64,000 nt of DNA, taken from positions 6,303-70,302 of the forward strand of contig JAZQAF010000016.1 of the NCBI GenBank assembly GCA_045545015.1. The letters are read 5' to 3'. The stretch's first letter is position 1. Every line of letters begins with the position of its first letter. Made by a program: the position numbers and the translations under genes. The DNA is from Ruminococcus sp. (GTDB lineage: Bacteria; Bacillota; Clostridia; Oscillospirales; Acutalibacteraceae). The notes under the pieces are model-generated. The model was not told the DNA's origin, ran no database searches, and saw only the letters and a list, made by a program, of their open reading frames with translations. Shown here piece by piece: positions 19,630-30,034 of this stretch.

Positions 19630-21228
19630 ATGAAAACAACAATTACAGGCAACGCAGAATCTATAAAGAGAATACTCGAGGACAAGCCTCAGTACAGAGA
19701 ATGTCTTTTCTCCAGAGGATATCTGATAACAGAAGATTCAGAAATTAAGGAAAAGGATTATCCCTTTTACGGTGAATGGACTGTACTCACAATTAACCGG
19801 TACAGAGCATTTATCCATAAGGATCAGGACTTCTGCATCTATGAGGACAACGGCATCTCTTTCCTTATTATAGGTCATGCCTATAATCCTTTTAACGGAA
19901 TATATGATGAGAAAGAGCTTCTATCCATTGCCGCAAAGGCATACTCAGAGAGCCGTGAAGACTTCTTTGAATCCATCAACGACTGGACAGGTATTTTCTG
20001 TGTCTTTGTTTTTGACAAGGAAGTTCTGGGTGTCCAGGACTGTGCAGGCATTAAAGCTCTTTACTATGGCGCTTTAAACGGCAAAGTATCCTTCACATCA
20101 CATCCTCAGTTGGTTGCAGATATTTACTCTCTGAAAATGGATCCTTTCGTTGAAAAGCTGGTTCGGAACAGATTCTATAATATCGGCAACAGATATCTCC
20201 CCGGTGATCTGTCGCCTTTCTCAGAGCTTAAGAGGATAGGCGCCAATGTTTATATCAGATACACCGGCTCAGATTTTTCTGTCCATCGCTTCTATCCCGT
20301 GAGACCTCTTCCCGAGTGCAACACAGAGGAGGATTACGAGAAAAGCGTCAGAAAAGCATATGAAATTCTTCACAAAAATATTGAGCTTGCTTCACTTAAG
20401 TGGAACAGATGTGCCATTTCGCTCTCCGGCGGTACAGACAGCAAAACCACCCTCGCCTGCGCCAATGGTCTCTACGATAAATTCTCTTATTTCAGTTTCC
20501 AGTCCAAGGACACAGAAGTAACTGACTCTGAAGCTGCCCGGGATATCTGCGAAAAAATAGGACTTAAGCATGATATCTATCCCATCCCCGCAAACAACCA
20601 TGAGATTGAGGACTACGATGAGCTCAAGGCAATCATCGTGCATTCCTACGGATATGTCAGAGGGCTTGCTGAAAGAGAGATCCGCAAGCATATCTGTATG
20701 TACAGATGGAACTACTTCGACACAGAGATCAAGTCCTGGATATCTGAAATTGTCCGTGTATTCTTTGAGCGTAAATACGGAATGAAGTTTCCGAAACGTC
20801 TGAGTGCAAGACACTTCAGTATCTTCCAAACAAGATATTTTGCATCTCCTTGCCTGCTTGCAAAGTCAGACAAGATCTACAAGGAATACATGAAAAAGTT
20901 TGACCTTGAAGAGGCAAAATTCAACTTTGAGCATACCGATATGTACTACTGGGAGGTCAGAATGAGCAGTTGGGGTATGATGGTAACTCAGTCCCTTGAT
21001 ATCTGCCACAGAATCACCTTCCCCTTCAACAACCGCAGACTGGTTGAACTTATGCTCTCAATGCCCCGTGAACCCAGAAAAACCGACAAAACACATAACG
21101 ATATTATCCGCATAGCAAATAAGGATATTTACGATGCAAACATCCACATCCTCAATAACTATTTTCATTCAAGACGAATTGCTATGGAGAAGGCATACTT
21201 TAAATATCGCACAATCTTTAAGAAATAA
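19630..21228 (+). CDS. Asparagine-synthetase-like amide ligase lacking the N-terminal Cys
   Basis: PP-loop SLSGGTDS, D..GIKALYY segment, late ITFPFNNRRL; ATG 19630 preferred over GTG 19621. Confidence 0.7.
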   Translation: MKTTITGNAESIKRILEDKPQYRECLFSRGYLITEDSEIKEKDYPFYGEWTVLTINRYRAFIHKDQDFCIYEDNGISFLIIGHAYNPFNGIYDEKELLSIAAKAYSESREDFFESINDWTGIFCVFVFDKEVLGVQDCAGIKALYYGALNGKVSFTSHPQLVADIYSLKMDPFVEKLVRNRFYNIGNRYLPGDLSPFSELKRIGANVYIRYTGSDFSVHRFYPVRPLPECNTEEDYEKSVRKAYEILHKNIELASLKWNRCAISLSGGTDSKTTLACANGLYDKFSYFSFQSKDTEVTDSEAARDICEKIGLKHDIYPIPANNHEIEDYDELKAIIVHSYGYVRGLAEREIRKHICMYRWNYFDTEIKSWISEIVRVFFERKYGMKFPKRLSARHFSIFQTRYFASPCLLAKSDKIYKEYMKKFDLEEAKFNFEHTDMYYWEVRMSSWGMMVTQSLDICHRITFPFNNRRLVELMLSMPREPRKTDKTHNDIIRIANKDIYDANIHILNNYFHSRRIAMEKAYFKYRTIFKK

Positions 21229-21264
21229 AAATTTCAAATACCACTATGAAAGAGGGCAAACTCT

Positions 21265-22239
21265 ATGGGCTACAAACACCTTAAATTCCCTGAAAATTCC
21301 ACATTCCTTGTTACAGGCGGTGCAGGCTTTATCGGCTCTAATCTCTGTGAGGCTATCCTCTCAATGGGCTATACCGTCCGTTGTCTTGACAACCTTTCCA
21401 CCGGTAAAAAGAAGAATATGGACGGATTCATCAACGATCCCCGATTCACATTCATCGAGGGCGATATCCGTGATCTTGACACCTGCATGAAGGCTTGCGA
21501 GGGCGTAGATTTCGTCCTCAATCAGGCAGCATGGGGTTCTGTTCCCCGCTCAATCGAGATGCCCCTTCTCTACGAAGATATCAATATCGGCGGCACTCTC
21601 AACATGATGGAGGCAGCCAGACAGCAGGGGGTTAAGAAGTTTGTTTATGCTTCCTCCTCTTCCGTATATGGCGACGAGCCTAATCTTCCCAAAAAGGAAG
21701 GCAGAGAGGGTAACCTCCTCTCCCCCTACGCTCTTACAAAGAGAGTTGATGAAGAATACGGCAAGCTCTACAAGAAGCTCTACGGGCTTGACACATACGG
21801 CATGAGATACTTCAATGTATTCGGCAGAAGACAGGACCCTGACGGAGCTTATGCTGCAGTAATCCCTAAATTCATCAAACAGCTTTTAAATGGTGAAGTT
21901 CCCACCATCAACGGTGACGGCAAACAGTCCAGAGACTTCACTTATATTGAAAACGTTATCGAGGCAAACCTCAAGGCTTGTCTTGCTCCCTCTGAGGCTG
22001 CCGGTGAGGCTTTCAATGTAGCTTATGGCGGCAGAGAGTACCTCATCGACATCTACTACGGCCTCACAAAGGCACTTGAGAAGGACGTCGAGCCCAACTT
22101 CGGTCCCGACAGAAAAGGCGATATCAAGCACTCCAACGCCGACATCTCGAAAGCCCGTGAACTGCTGGGCTATGACCCCGACTACAGCTTTAAGGATGGC
22201 ATTAAACTTGCTATCCAGTGGTATAAGGAGAATCTTTGA
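21265..22239 (+). CDS. UDP-GlcNAc(A) 4-epimerase (WbpP/TviC-like)
   Basis: TGGAGFIGSN, AWGSVPRSI, YASSSSVYGD, SPYALTK, RYFNVFGRRQDPDGAYAAVIPKF. Confidence 0.92.
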   Translation: MGYKHLKFPENSTFLVTGGAGFIGSNLCEAILSMGYTVRCLDNLSTGKKKNMDGFINDPRFTFIEGDIRDLDTCMKACEGVDFVLNQAAWGSVPRSIEMPLLYEDINIGGTLNMMEAARQQGVKKFVYASSSSVYGDEPNLPKKEGREGNLLSPYALTKRVDEEYGKLYKKLYGLDTYGMRYFNVFGRRQDPDGAYAAVIPKFIKQLLNGEVPTINGDGKQSRDFTYIENVIEANLKACLAPSEAAGEAFNVAYGGREYLIDIYYGLTKALEKDVEPNFGPDRKGDIKHSNADISKARELLGYDPDYSFKDGIKLAIQWYKENL

Positions 22240-22266
22240 TCCACAATATCCCATTGAGGTGAAAAT

Positions 22267-23154
22267 ATGTTTAACCTAAAAAAATTATTAGGAAGAAACG
22301 TCCGAGGAAAAATCATGTATTCGCTAAAATTTCTTCCTGACAAGCCCTATCTTCAGATGTTTTATTTTGCCACAACAGGCAAATTTATTAACTTCAAGAA
22401 TCCACAAGGCTACAACGAAAAGCTTCAGTGGCTCAAAATAAACAACAAGCATCCTGAATACGGTCCTTTAGTTGATAAGCTGGCTGTTCGTGACCACATC
22501 AAGAAAGAACTTGGAGAAGAGTATCTTTTTCCTCTTCTCGGCGCATACGAATCCTTCGACGACATAGATTTTTCATCTCTTCCGAACCAATTCGTTATGA
22601 AATGTAATCATGACTCAGGAAGCACAAAGATTATTAAAGATAAAGCCTCTCTCTCTGAGGAGGACATGAAAGAACTAAGACAGCATTTTACAAAGAAGCT
22701 AAACCGTGATTTTTTCTATGCAGGACGAGAATATCCCTACAAGGGTATCAAACCTTATATAATGATAGAAAAGCTTATGGTTGACGAAGGTAAAAGTGAT
22801 ATTACAGATTATAAGTTTTTCTGCTTTGATGGCGTACCCAAGGTTGTCTTAATTGCAACAGACAGACAGACCAACTGTAGATTTGACTATTTCGATATGG
22901 ACTTCAACCATCTTGATATTATTGATCATTGCCCTCAATCTGAAAAGCCCATAGATAAGCCTGTTTGTTTTGACCAAATGAAAGAGTTGGCATCAAAACT
23001 ATCTCAAGGGATCAAAACAGTACGTATGGATTTCTACGAAATCAACGGACAGATATATTTCGGTGAGTACACCTTCTTTTCCGGCGGTGGTTTCGATTTA
23101 TACATTCAGCCCGAATGGGAAAAACAGATGGGCGATTGGGTAAATGTTCCCTGA
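22267..23154 (+). CDS. TupA-like ATP-grasp amidoligase
   Basis: EKLQWLK, DKLAVR, KCNHDSG, DYKFFCFDG, RMDFY, FGEYTF. Confidence 0.85.
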   Translation: MFNLKKLLGRNVRGKIMYSLKFLPDKPYLQMFYFATTGKFINFKNPQGYNEKLQWLKINNKHPEYGPLVDKLAVRDHIKKELGEEYLFPLLGAYESFDDIDFSSLPNQFVMKCNHDSGSTKIIKDKASLSEEDMKELRQHFTKKLNRDFFYAGREYPYKGIKPYIMIEKLMVDEGKSDITDYKFFCFDGVPKVVLIATDRQTNCRFDYFDMDFNHLDIIDHCPQSEKPIDKPVCFDQMKELASKLSQGIKTVRMDFYEINGQIYFGEYTFFSGGGFDLYIQPEWEKQMGDWVNVP

Positions 23155-23195
23155 CATAATCACTGCTTCAAATAAACAAATTGAGAGGTACAACC

Positions 23196-24281
23196 ATGAA
23201 AATAGCATTGCTGGGAGATATGGCTCTCATCGGAAGGTACGACTTAACCAAGGATACGAAAGCGCAGGAACGCTTATCCGTTGTTAAAAACATCGTCAAA
23301 GATTGCGACTATATCATAGCAAATCTCGAGAGTCCTTTCACAAGTAAAAAACACACCTTAATCTGTAAAGGCGTGTACCTTAAAAGTGACCCCGTAAATG
23401 TAGAGACACTTAAATATTTGGGCATTACCCATGTGTCTCTTGCCAATAACCATACTTTTGATTATGGTGTAAAAGGCGCTAAAGAAACCATCAAAACTCT
23501 TGAAGACAATGGAATAAGTTATGTGGGTTTATGTAATGAACCTGCACTACTTGTTAAAGACGGAGAACGCGCTCTGATTGAAGGATTTTGTTGTTATTCT
23601 GCAAATGGTGTGCGATACGGTCACAATAAAAAAATGCACCTGAAGACATTGTGTAAAGAAGATATGGTACATTTCCTGGAAAAAGCAGCAATGTTAAATG
23701 CTTTTCCCATTGTATCTGCTCACTTTGGAATTGAAGGAGTAAATCATCCCAGTGTTGAGCATATGAATTTTTTCCGTTCTTTTACAAAAGATCATAATTA
23801 TGTTCTTCATGGTAATCACCCCCATGCAATTCAGGGATATGAAAAGCATAACAAATCCTTATTGTACTATGCCTGCGGCGATCTGTGTTTTGACGATGCT
23901 ACCATAACTTCCATTAACAGTCCCGCTATCCAGAGTGATGATTCCCGCAGAAGCTACATCACAATTATTGATATTAATAACAACAGTGCTTCCCACACAA
24001 CTACTGTTTGTATATCAGATTTACCTGACGGATTTGTTAAGATAAACGACGAAGTTCAGCTTCAGCTTGACTCTTATGCAAGTGATCTCAACAAAACCCA
24101 GAGCGAAATTAAAGAAATAAGAAAACATAAACTCTCCGCATCTTCTTCATCCCGCCAGAAGAAAGATCTGAAATTTATTATAGATCGACTTAACTTAAAA
24201 TATATTGGTGCTTATATTAACTTAAAGATACACACAAAACACTACAATAAATTATTCAGCAATTACTTCCAGGAGTTGTGA
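23196..24281 (+). CDS. CapA/PgsA-family metallophosphatase-fold protein
   Basis: GD, NLE, SLANNHTFDYG, HFGIE, GNHPHAIQG; ATG 23196 follows GAGAGG. Confidence 0.85.
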   Translation: MKIALLGDMALIGRYDLTKDTKAQERLSVVKNIVKDCDYIIANLESPFTSKKHTLICKGVYLKSDPVNVETLKYLGITHVSLANNHTFDYGVKGAKETIKTLEDNGISYVGLCNEPALLVKDGERALIEGFCCYSANGVRYGHNKKMHLKTLCKEDMVHFLEKAAMLNAFPIVSAHFGIEGVNHPSVEHMNFFRSFTKDHNYVLHGNHPHAIQGYEKHNKSLLYYACGDLCFDDATITSINSPAIQSDDSRRSYITIIDINNNSASHTTTVCISDLPDGFVKINDEVQLQLDSYASDLNKTQSEIKEIRKHKLSASSSSRQKKDLKFIIDRLNLKYIGAYINLKIHTKHYNKLFSNYFQEL

Positions 24282-25096
24282 GTATAATGAACAAAGGACA
24301 AATATCCATAATTATGGCAACATATAACTGTGCTGATACTCTTCATCAAAGCATAGATTCTGTATTAGCTCAGACATATACTAATTGGCAGTTTATCATT
24401 TGTGACGATTGCTCTACAGACAACACCTACGATGTGCTTCTGAAATATCAGGAAAAACACCCTGAAAAATTCAGAATCATCCGCAATGAAAAGAACTCAA
24501 AACTCGCCTTCTCCCTGAACCATTGTCTTAAATATGCAGAAGGCGAATTTATTGCCAGAATGGATGGCGACGATTATATCGCACCCGAAAGATTCGAAAA
24601 ACAAATTGATTTTCTCAGAAATCACCCCGATATAGATCTTGTCGGAACAGCTATGCAAGCTTTTGATGATGATGGTCTCAGAAGAGTAATTAAATATGAA
24701 GCTTTTCCTAAAAAAGAGAGTCTGAGAAAGGGACCTTGTTTTGCTCATGCTTCTATTCTGACGTATTCATACACTTATAAAAAAACAGGTGGATATACTG
24801 TATCCAAGCGCACATTACGCACTCAGGATTATGATTTGTGGTTCCGATTCTTTGCAGAAGGTTTTTCCGGAGCTAACCTTGAAGAGCCCCTATATTTCTA
24901 TCGTGAAGATATAAACGCTTACCTTAGACGTAAACCTCGTTTGTATTTGTGGGCAGTTGTTACTCGCTTTAAAGGATTCAAACTTCTGAAATTTCCTATC
25001 CATTATTACTCATACGCCTTGTTGCCACTCTTCGCCTTGGTGTATAATGAATTCCGAAAAATAAAAGCGAAACTTTCATCAAAAAAGCAAAAATAG
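24278..25096 (+). CDS. GT2 glycosyltransferase
   Basis: IIMATYN, ICDDCSTD, ARMDGDD, QDYDLW. Confidence 0.92.
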   Translation: MSIMNKGQISIIMATYNCADTLHQSIDSVLAQTYTNWQFIICDDCSTDNTYDVLLKYQEKHPEKFRIIRNEKNSKLAFSLNHCLKYAEGEFIARMDGDDYIAPERFEKQIDFLRNHPDIDLVGTAMQAFDDDGLRRVIKYEAFPKKESLRKGPCFAHASILTYSYTYKKTGGYTVSKRTLRTQDYDLWFRFFAEGFSGANLEEPLYFYREDINAYLRRKPRLYLWAVVTRFKGFKLLKFPIHYYSYALLPLFALVYNEFRKIKAKLSSKKQK

Positions 25097-25165
25097 TTTT
25101 CTTAACGAATACTTTTCTTTATCATATTTCCAGTTATAACCATTAAAGAAAGGAGGCACAGATAG

Positions 25166-26299
25166 ATGGAAGTATATCTATGGACTACACTGGCAGTTGC
25201 TATTTTTTCAGCACTGGCAACAAGTCAGTTCAAAAAACAGACTGCAGAACATCCTGCAATTACCGCCAAAAACCACAATCATAACCTGACCGCATATTAC
25301 CTTTTTGTTTTTATCTGTGCCCTCATTCTTATTTGCGTTTCAGGCCTTCGTCACAATGTAGGTGCCGACTACGGCGGATACTACTGGCGATACCCTCAAT
25401 GGTCGGAACGATTGGAAGAAAGTCTCAAAAAATGGGATGAACCCGGTCTCTCTGTTGTTGCCCGACTTTTGCACTATGTTTCTTCTGATGGTGCAGTTTT
25501 TATCTTTGCACAGTCAGCAATTATCATTTCCCTTTATACCTTTACATATGCTAAAAACACAGATAATTTCTTCTTCTGTATATTACTCTACATCTTTTGC
25601 GGTTGCTGGACCGGTTCCTTCAATGCCGTAAGGCAGTATCTTGCCGGTGCAGTTCTTTTCTGCGGTCACAGGCTGATGTATGAGAAAAAGTTTATTAAGT
25701 TCTGCTTAATGGTCTTTGCAGCATCAGCCTTTCACATAACAGCACTTGTTATGCTTCCCATGTATTTTATCGTTTCAAAACATCTGTCCTTCAAAAAGAT
25801 CCTATTCATTATCGTTTTCGGTATTGTTATTGTATATTCATACGATATTCTTTTCGAACTTATAGGTGTTATTAAGGACACAGATACTGGCGGTGAGCTT
25901 TCCGAATACGCCACAAACAGCATCAACCCTTTGAGAATTGCAATTGCATTTTGTCCCGTACTCTTGTACTTCATCCTCAAAATGCTGAAAACTGATTTTG
26001 GAAGTGAAGAGAACTTCTATATAAGCTTGATTATTATTAATGCCGCTCTGATTTTCGGTACAAAAGACAGCGCATACCTTAATCGTATCACAATTTATTT
26101 TTCACCCTTTATCCCTCTGGCAATAAATCATCTTACAAAGAAATTCAATAAGGAATACCGCACACTGCTTTTGATATTGATTATAACACTCTACGCTATC
26201 CTTTGGTATAATACTTCTGTTAAGGGAGAAACCTGGGCGTGGATATTTGAGCGAACAGAGCCCTTCTATAACAAATACGGCGGAGGTATGCCTCAATGA
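25166..26299 (+). CDS. EpsG-family Wzy polymerase 1
   Basis: Polytopic; GLRHNVGADY, EPG, NAVRQYLA, AFHITA, LNRITIYF. Confidence 0.85.
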   Translation: MEVYLWTTLAVAIFSALATSQFKKQTAEHPAITAKNHNHNLTAYYLFVFICALILICVSGLRHNVGADYGGYYWRYPQWSERLEESLKKWDEPGLSVVARLLHYVSSDGAVFIFAQSAIIISLYTFTYAKNTDNFFFCILLYIFCGCWTGSFNAVRQYLAGAVLFCGHRLMYEKKFIKFCLMVFAASAFHITALVMLPMYFIVSKHLSFKKILFIIVFGIVIVYSYDILFELIGVIKDTDTGGELSEYATNSINPLRIAIAFCPVLLYFILKMLKTDFGSEENFYISLIIINAALIFGTKDSAYLNRITIYFSPFIPLAINHLTKKFNKEYRTLLLILIITLYAILWYNTSVKGETWAWIFERTEPFYNKYGGGMPQ

Positions 26300-27480
26300 A
26301 GATAGGTATCATTACCCTTGCAGGAGGAGCAAACTTCGGCTGTCAGCTTCAGAACTTTGCTGTTAAGAAAGCATATGAGGAACTGGGATACGAAGCAGTC
26401 ACTATTCTTGATTCTACAAAAAAAGGTATCCGTCAGACAGAGGAAAAAACAAGCCGGCTTTCAAAAATAAAACCTTCCTATATATCAAAGGTTATTTCTG
26501 TTCGTCTGAAAAGAAAATTCAATATGAAAAATCAGCGTGACAAGCTCATTTCCTGTGCTGTCAGAAGCAGAAAAGAGGCGACATCACTCAAAGCACTTGA
26601 GGCAGAGAGGCAGCGCAGCTTCAGAGATTTCTTTGATAATAAGATCGGTCACACGGATTATTCCATTGATGTTCAGAATGTTCCTTATGAAAAGCTCAAG
26701 GAGTTCGACTTCTTTTCCATCGGCTCCGATCAGGTGTGGAATCCTACATACCCCTCAACATCGGCAATTAAATTTCTCTCCTTTACCGACAGAAACAAAA
26801 AGCTTGCTTTTGCTCCCTCCTTTGGTATTTCGGAGCTTCCCGATTACACCAAGGAACACTACGCAAAGTGGCTTTCTGACTTCAATATGCTCTCTGTAAG
26901 AGAGGCAAGAGGCGCTCAGATTATTAAAGAGCTTAACGGAAAAGAAGCTGAAATAATCTGTGACCCCACCATCACAATAGAGCGTGACATCTGGGAAAGC
27001 ATTGAGAAAAAGCCTTCCTTTGACACTCAAAAGCCCTATGCCATTACCTACTTTTTGGGTAATGAAACAAATGCTTACAGACGATTTATTGAGAAAACCT
27101 GCAAAGAATCTGACCTTCAGATAATCAACTTCTTTGACATCTGGGAGGGCGAACACTTCACTATCGGCCCTGCGGAGTTTATTTATCTTATACGCAACTC
27201 AAAGGCTGTGTTTACTGATTCCTTCCACGCAGCAGTATTCTCAATAATTTTTGAAAGAGACTTTATGGTTTTTGACAGAGTTGAAGAAGGTCGTACAATG
27301 TCCTCTCGACTTAAAACTCTGCTTTCCACATTCTCTCTTGAAGACCGTATGTATGAAAAAGGAAAAGTCTTCACCAGAGCAGACTTTTCTCATACAAAAG
27401 ATATCATCAGAAAAGAAAAGGAAAAGGCCTTTGATTTTCTGAGACGATCCATTGAAACAAATCTCCGTAATTCTGATTAA
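26296..27480 (+). CDS. Polysaccharide pyruvyl transferase family protein 1
   Basis: [30 protein letters not shown]. Confidence 0.85.
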   Translation: MKIGIITLAGGANFGCQLQNFAVKKAYEELGYEAVTILDSTKKGIRQTEEKTSRLSKIKPSYISKVISVRLKRKFNMKNQRDKLISCAVRSRKEATSLKALEAERQRSFRDFFDNKIGHTDYSIDVQNVPYEKLKEFDFFSIGSDQVWNPTYPSTSAIKFLSFTDRNKKLAFAPSFGISELPDYTKEHYAKWLSDFNMLSVREARGAQIIKELNGKEAEIICDPTITIERDIWESIEKKPSFDTQKPYAITYFLGNETNAYRRFIEKTCKESDLQIINFFDIWEGEHFTIGPAEFIYLIRNSKAVFTDSFHAAVFSIIFERDFMVFDRVEEGRTMSSRLKTLLSTFSLEDRMYEKGKVFTRADFSHTKDIIRKEKEKAFDFLRRSIETNLRNSD

Positions 27481-27494
27481 AAGGAGTGTGTATT

Positions 27495-28382
27495 ATGAAA
27501 GGAATTATCCTTGCAGGCGGAGCGGGCACCCGACTTTATCCGCTGACACAGGTCACATCAAAACAGCTTCTGCCTGTTTATGATAAACCTATGATTTTTT
27601 ATCCTCTCTCTACTCTTATGTATGCGGGAATCAGGGATATTCTTATCATATCCACCCCTCAGGACACACCAAATTTTGAGAAACTTCTGGGTGACGGATC
27701 CCAATTCGGAATAAATCTTTCCTACAAGGTACAGCCCTCTCCCGACGGTCTTGCTCAGGCTTTCATTCTGGGTGAAGAGTTTATTGATGACGACTGCTGT
27801 GCCATGATATTGGGTGACAATATCTTCTATGGAAACGGACTTTCCAACCTTCTCAGAGAAGCCAGAAACAATGCTCTTCTCAACAGCAAAGCCACCATCT
27901 TCGGTTACTATGTAAACGATCCCGAGCGCTTCGGCATAGTTGAGTTTGATGAAAAAGGAAATGTTATTTCTGTCGAGGAAAAGCCCAAGAATCCTAAGTC
28001 CAACTACTGTATTACAGGTCTCTATTTCTATGATAACCGTGTAGTTGAATTTGCAAAGAAAATAAAGCCCTCCGAGAGAGGAGAGCTTGAAATAACTGAC
28101 CTCAACCGCCTTTATCTTGAAGCAGGAGACCTTAATGTTCAGCTTCTGGGCAGAGGCTTTGCGTGGCTTGATACGGGCACTATGGAATCTCTCCTTGATG
28201 CTTCCAATTTCATTCAGATCACCGAGGCAAGACAGTCTTTGAGAATATGCGTGCCCGAGGAGATAGCCTTTATTAACGGTTGGATCGACAAAGAGGGACT
28301 TATCAAAGCCTCTGAAAAATACGGAAAAAGCCCCTATGGAGCATACCTCAGAAAGGTTGCCGAGGGAAGATACAGATACTGA
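27495..28382 (+). CDS. rfbA: Glucose-1-phosphate thymidylyltransferase RmlA
   Basis: [33 protein letters not shown]. Confidence 0.96.
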   Translation: MKGIILAGGAGTRLYPLTQVTSKQLLPVYDKPMIFYPLSTLMYAGIRDILIISTPQDTPNFEKLLGDGSQFGINLSYKVQPSPDGLAQAFILGEEFIDDDCCAMILGDNIFYGNGLSNLLREARNNALLNSKATIFGYYVNDPERFGIVEFDEKGNVISVEEKPKNPKSNYCITGLYFYDNRVVEFAKKIKPSERGELEITDLNRLYLEAGDLNVQLLGRGFAWLDTGTMESLLDASNFIQITEARQSLRICVPEEIAFINGWIDKEGLIKASEKYGKSPYGAYLRKVAEGRYRY

Positions 28383-28408
28383 TAAATTACTTTTGTAAGA
28401 GGTGCATT

Positions 28409-28969
28409 ATGGGCAACTTTACATTTGAAAAAACCCCTATCGATGGCGTATATATAATAGAACCCCGTGTATTCGGCGACCATCGTGGCTACTTTATGGA
28501 GACCTACAAGGACTCTGATTTTAAGGAAGCAGGCATTGACTGCACCTTTGTGCAGGACAACCAGTCCAAATCAAAAAAAGGTGTTCTCAGAGGACTTCAT
28601 TTCCAGAAAACTCACCCTCAGTCAAAGCTCGTAAGAGTTATTAAAGGCGAGGTTTATGACGTTGCAGTGGACCTCAGAGAGGAAAGCCCCACCTTCGGCA
28701 AACATGTAGGTGTTATCCTTTCCGAGGAGAATAAAAAGCAGTTCTTTATCCCCCGTGGTTTTGCCCACGGCTTCCTTGTTCTTTCCGAAGAGGCTGAGTT
28801 CTGCTATAAATGCGATGACGTATATCATCCCGAGGACGAGGGCGGACTGCTCTTCAGCGACCCTGCTCTGGGAATTCCCTGGCCTGAGACTGATGAGATA
28901 CTTCTCAGCGACAAGGACAAGGTTTACCCCACCTTGGAAAACCTGAATTTTTCCTTCAAAAACCTTTGA
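28409..28969 (+). CDS. rfbC: dTDP-4-dehydrorhamnose 3,5-epimerase RmlC
   Basis: GDHRGYF, QDNQSKS..GVLRGLHFQ, IPRGFAHGF, YKCDD. Confidence 0.95.
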   Translation: MGNFTFEKTPIDGVYIIEPRVFGDHRGYFMETYKDSDFKEAGIDCTFVQDNQSKSKKGVLRGLHFQKTHPQSKLVRVIKGEVYDVAVDLREESPTFGKHVGVILSEENKKQFFIPRGFAHGFLVLSEEAEFCYKCDDVYHPEDEGGLLFSDPALGIPWPETDEILLSDKDKVYPTLENLNFSFKNL

Positions 28970-28985
28970 TTAATGGAGTATTGAT

Positions 28986-30005
28986 ATGAATATTCTTGTA
29001 ACCGGCGGTGCCGGCTTTATCGGCGCAAACTTTATATACTATGAGCAGAAAACACACCCCGAGGACAGAATCGTCTGCCTTGACAAGCTTACCTATGCAG
29101 GTAATCTTGAGACACTTGAGGATGCAATGAAGAAGGATAACTTCCGATTTGTAAAGGGTGATATCGCAGACAGAGACTGCGTCAGAAAGCTCTTTGAGGA
29201 GGAGAAGTTTGATATAGTCGTAAACTTTGCCGCTGAGAGCCACGTTGACCGTTCCGTAGAGGATCCCGGAATCTTTCTGCGTACAAATATTCTCGGCACA
29301 CAGACCCTTATGGATGCCTGCCGTGAGTTTGGTATAAAGAGATACCATCAGGTTTCTACCGATGAGGTATATGGTGATCTGCCCCTTGACAGACCTGATC
29401 TTTTCTTCACCGAGGAGACACCTATCCACACATCCTCTCCCTACAGTGCTTCAAAGGCATCTGCTGACCTTCTGGTAATGGCTTACGCAAGAACCTTTAA
29501 GCTTCCCGTTTCCATTACAAGATGCTCCAATAACTATGGCCCTTACCATTTCCCCGAAAAGCTCATCCCCCTTATGATCTCAAGAGCACTCAAGGAAGAG
29601 AGCCTTCCTGTTTACGGCAAGGGCGAAAATGTCCGTGACTGGCTCTATGTTGAGGATCATTGCTCTGCCATCGACCTTGTAATCAGAAAAGGCAGAGAGG
29701 GAGAAATTTATAATATCGGTGGTCACAATGAAAGAACAAACCTTGAGGTCGTAAAAACAATCCTCAGAATTCTCGGCAAGAGCGAGGATCTCATTACCTA
29801 TGTTACAGACCGACCCGGACACGATATGCGATATGCTATTGACCCCGGAAAGATTCACAGCGAGCTTGGTTGGCTGCCTGAGACCACCTTTGATAAAGGA
29901 ATTGAAAAGACAGTTCAGTGGTATCTCGATAACAAATCCTGGTGGGAAAACATTCTCAAGGGAGATTATCAGAGCTACTATGAAAGAATGTACTCAAAAC
30001 GCTGA
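28986..30005 (+). CDS. rfbB: dTDP-glucose 4,6-dehydratase RmlB
   Basis: TGGAGFIG, FAAESHVDRS, STDEVYG, SPYSASKA, NNYGPYHFPEKLIP, DRPGHDMRY. Confidence 0.96.
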   Translation: MNILVTGGAGFIGANFIYYEQKTHPEDRIVCLDKLTYAGNLETLEDAMKKDNFRFVKGDIADRDCVRKLFEEEKFDIVVNFAAESHVDRSVEDPGIFLRTNILGTQTLMDACREFGIKRYHQVSTDEVYGDLPLDRPDLFFTEETPIHTSSPYSASKASADLLVMAYARTFKLPVSITRCSNNYGPYHFPEKLIPLMISRALKEESLPVYGKGENVRDWLYVEDHCSAIDLVIRKGREGEIYNIGGHNERTNLEVVKTILRILGKSEDLITYVTDRPGHDMRYAIDPGKIHSELGWLPETTFDKGIEKTVQWYLDNKSWWENILKGDYQSYYERMYSKR

Positions 30006-30034
30006 ACTAAGATTTACATACAGGAGATATAATT

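Noticed and set aside
23196-24281. Poly-gamma-glutamate capsule
   Set aside because: CapA is alone, with no CapB synthetase or CapC.
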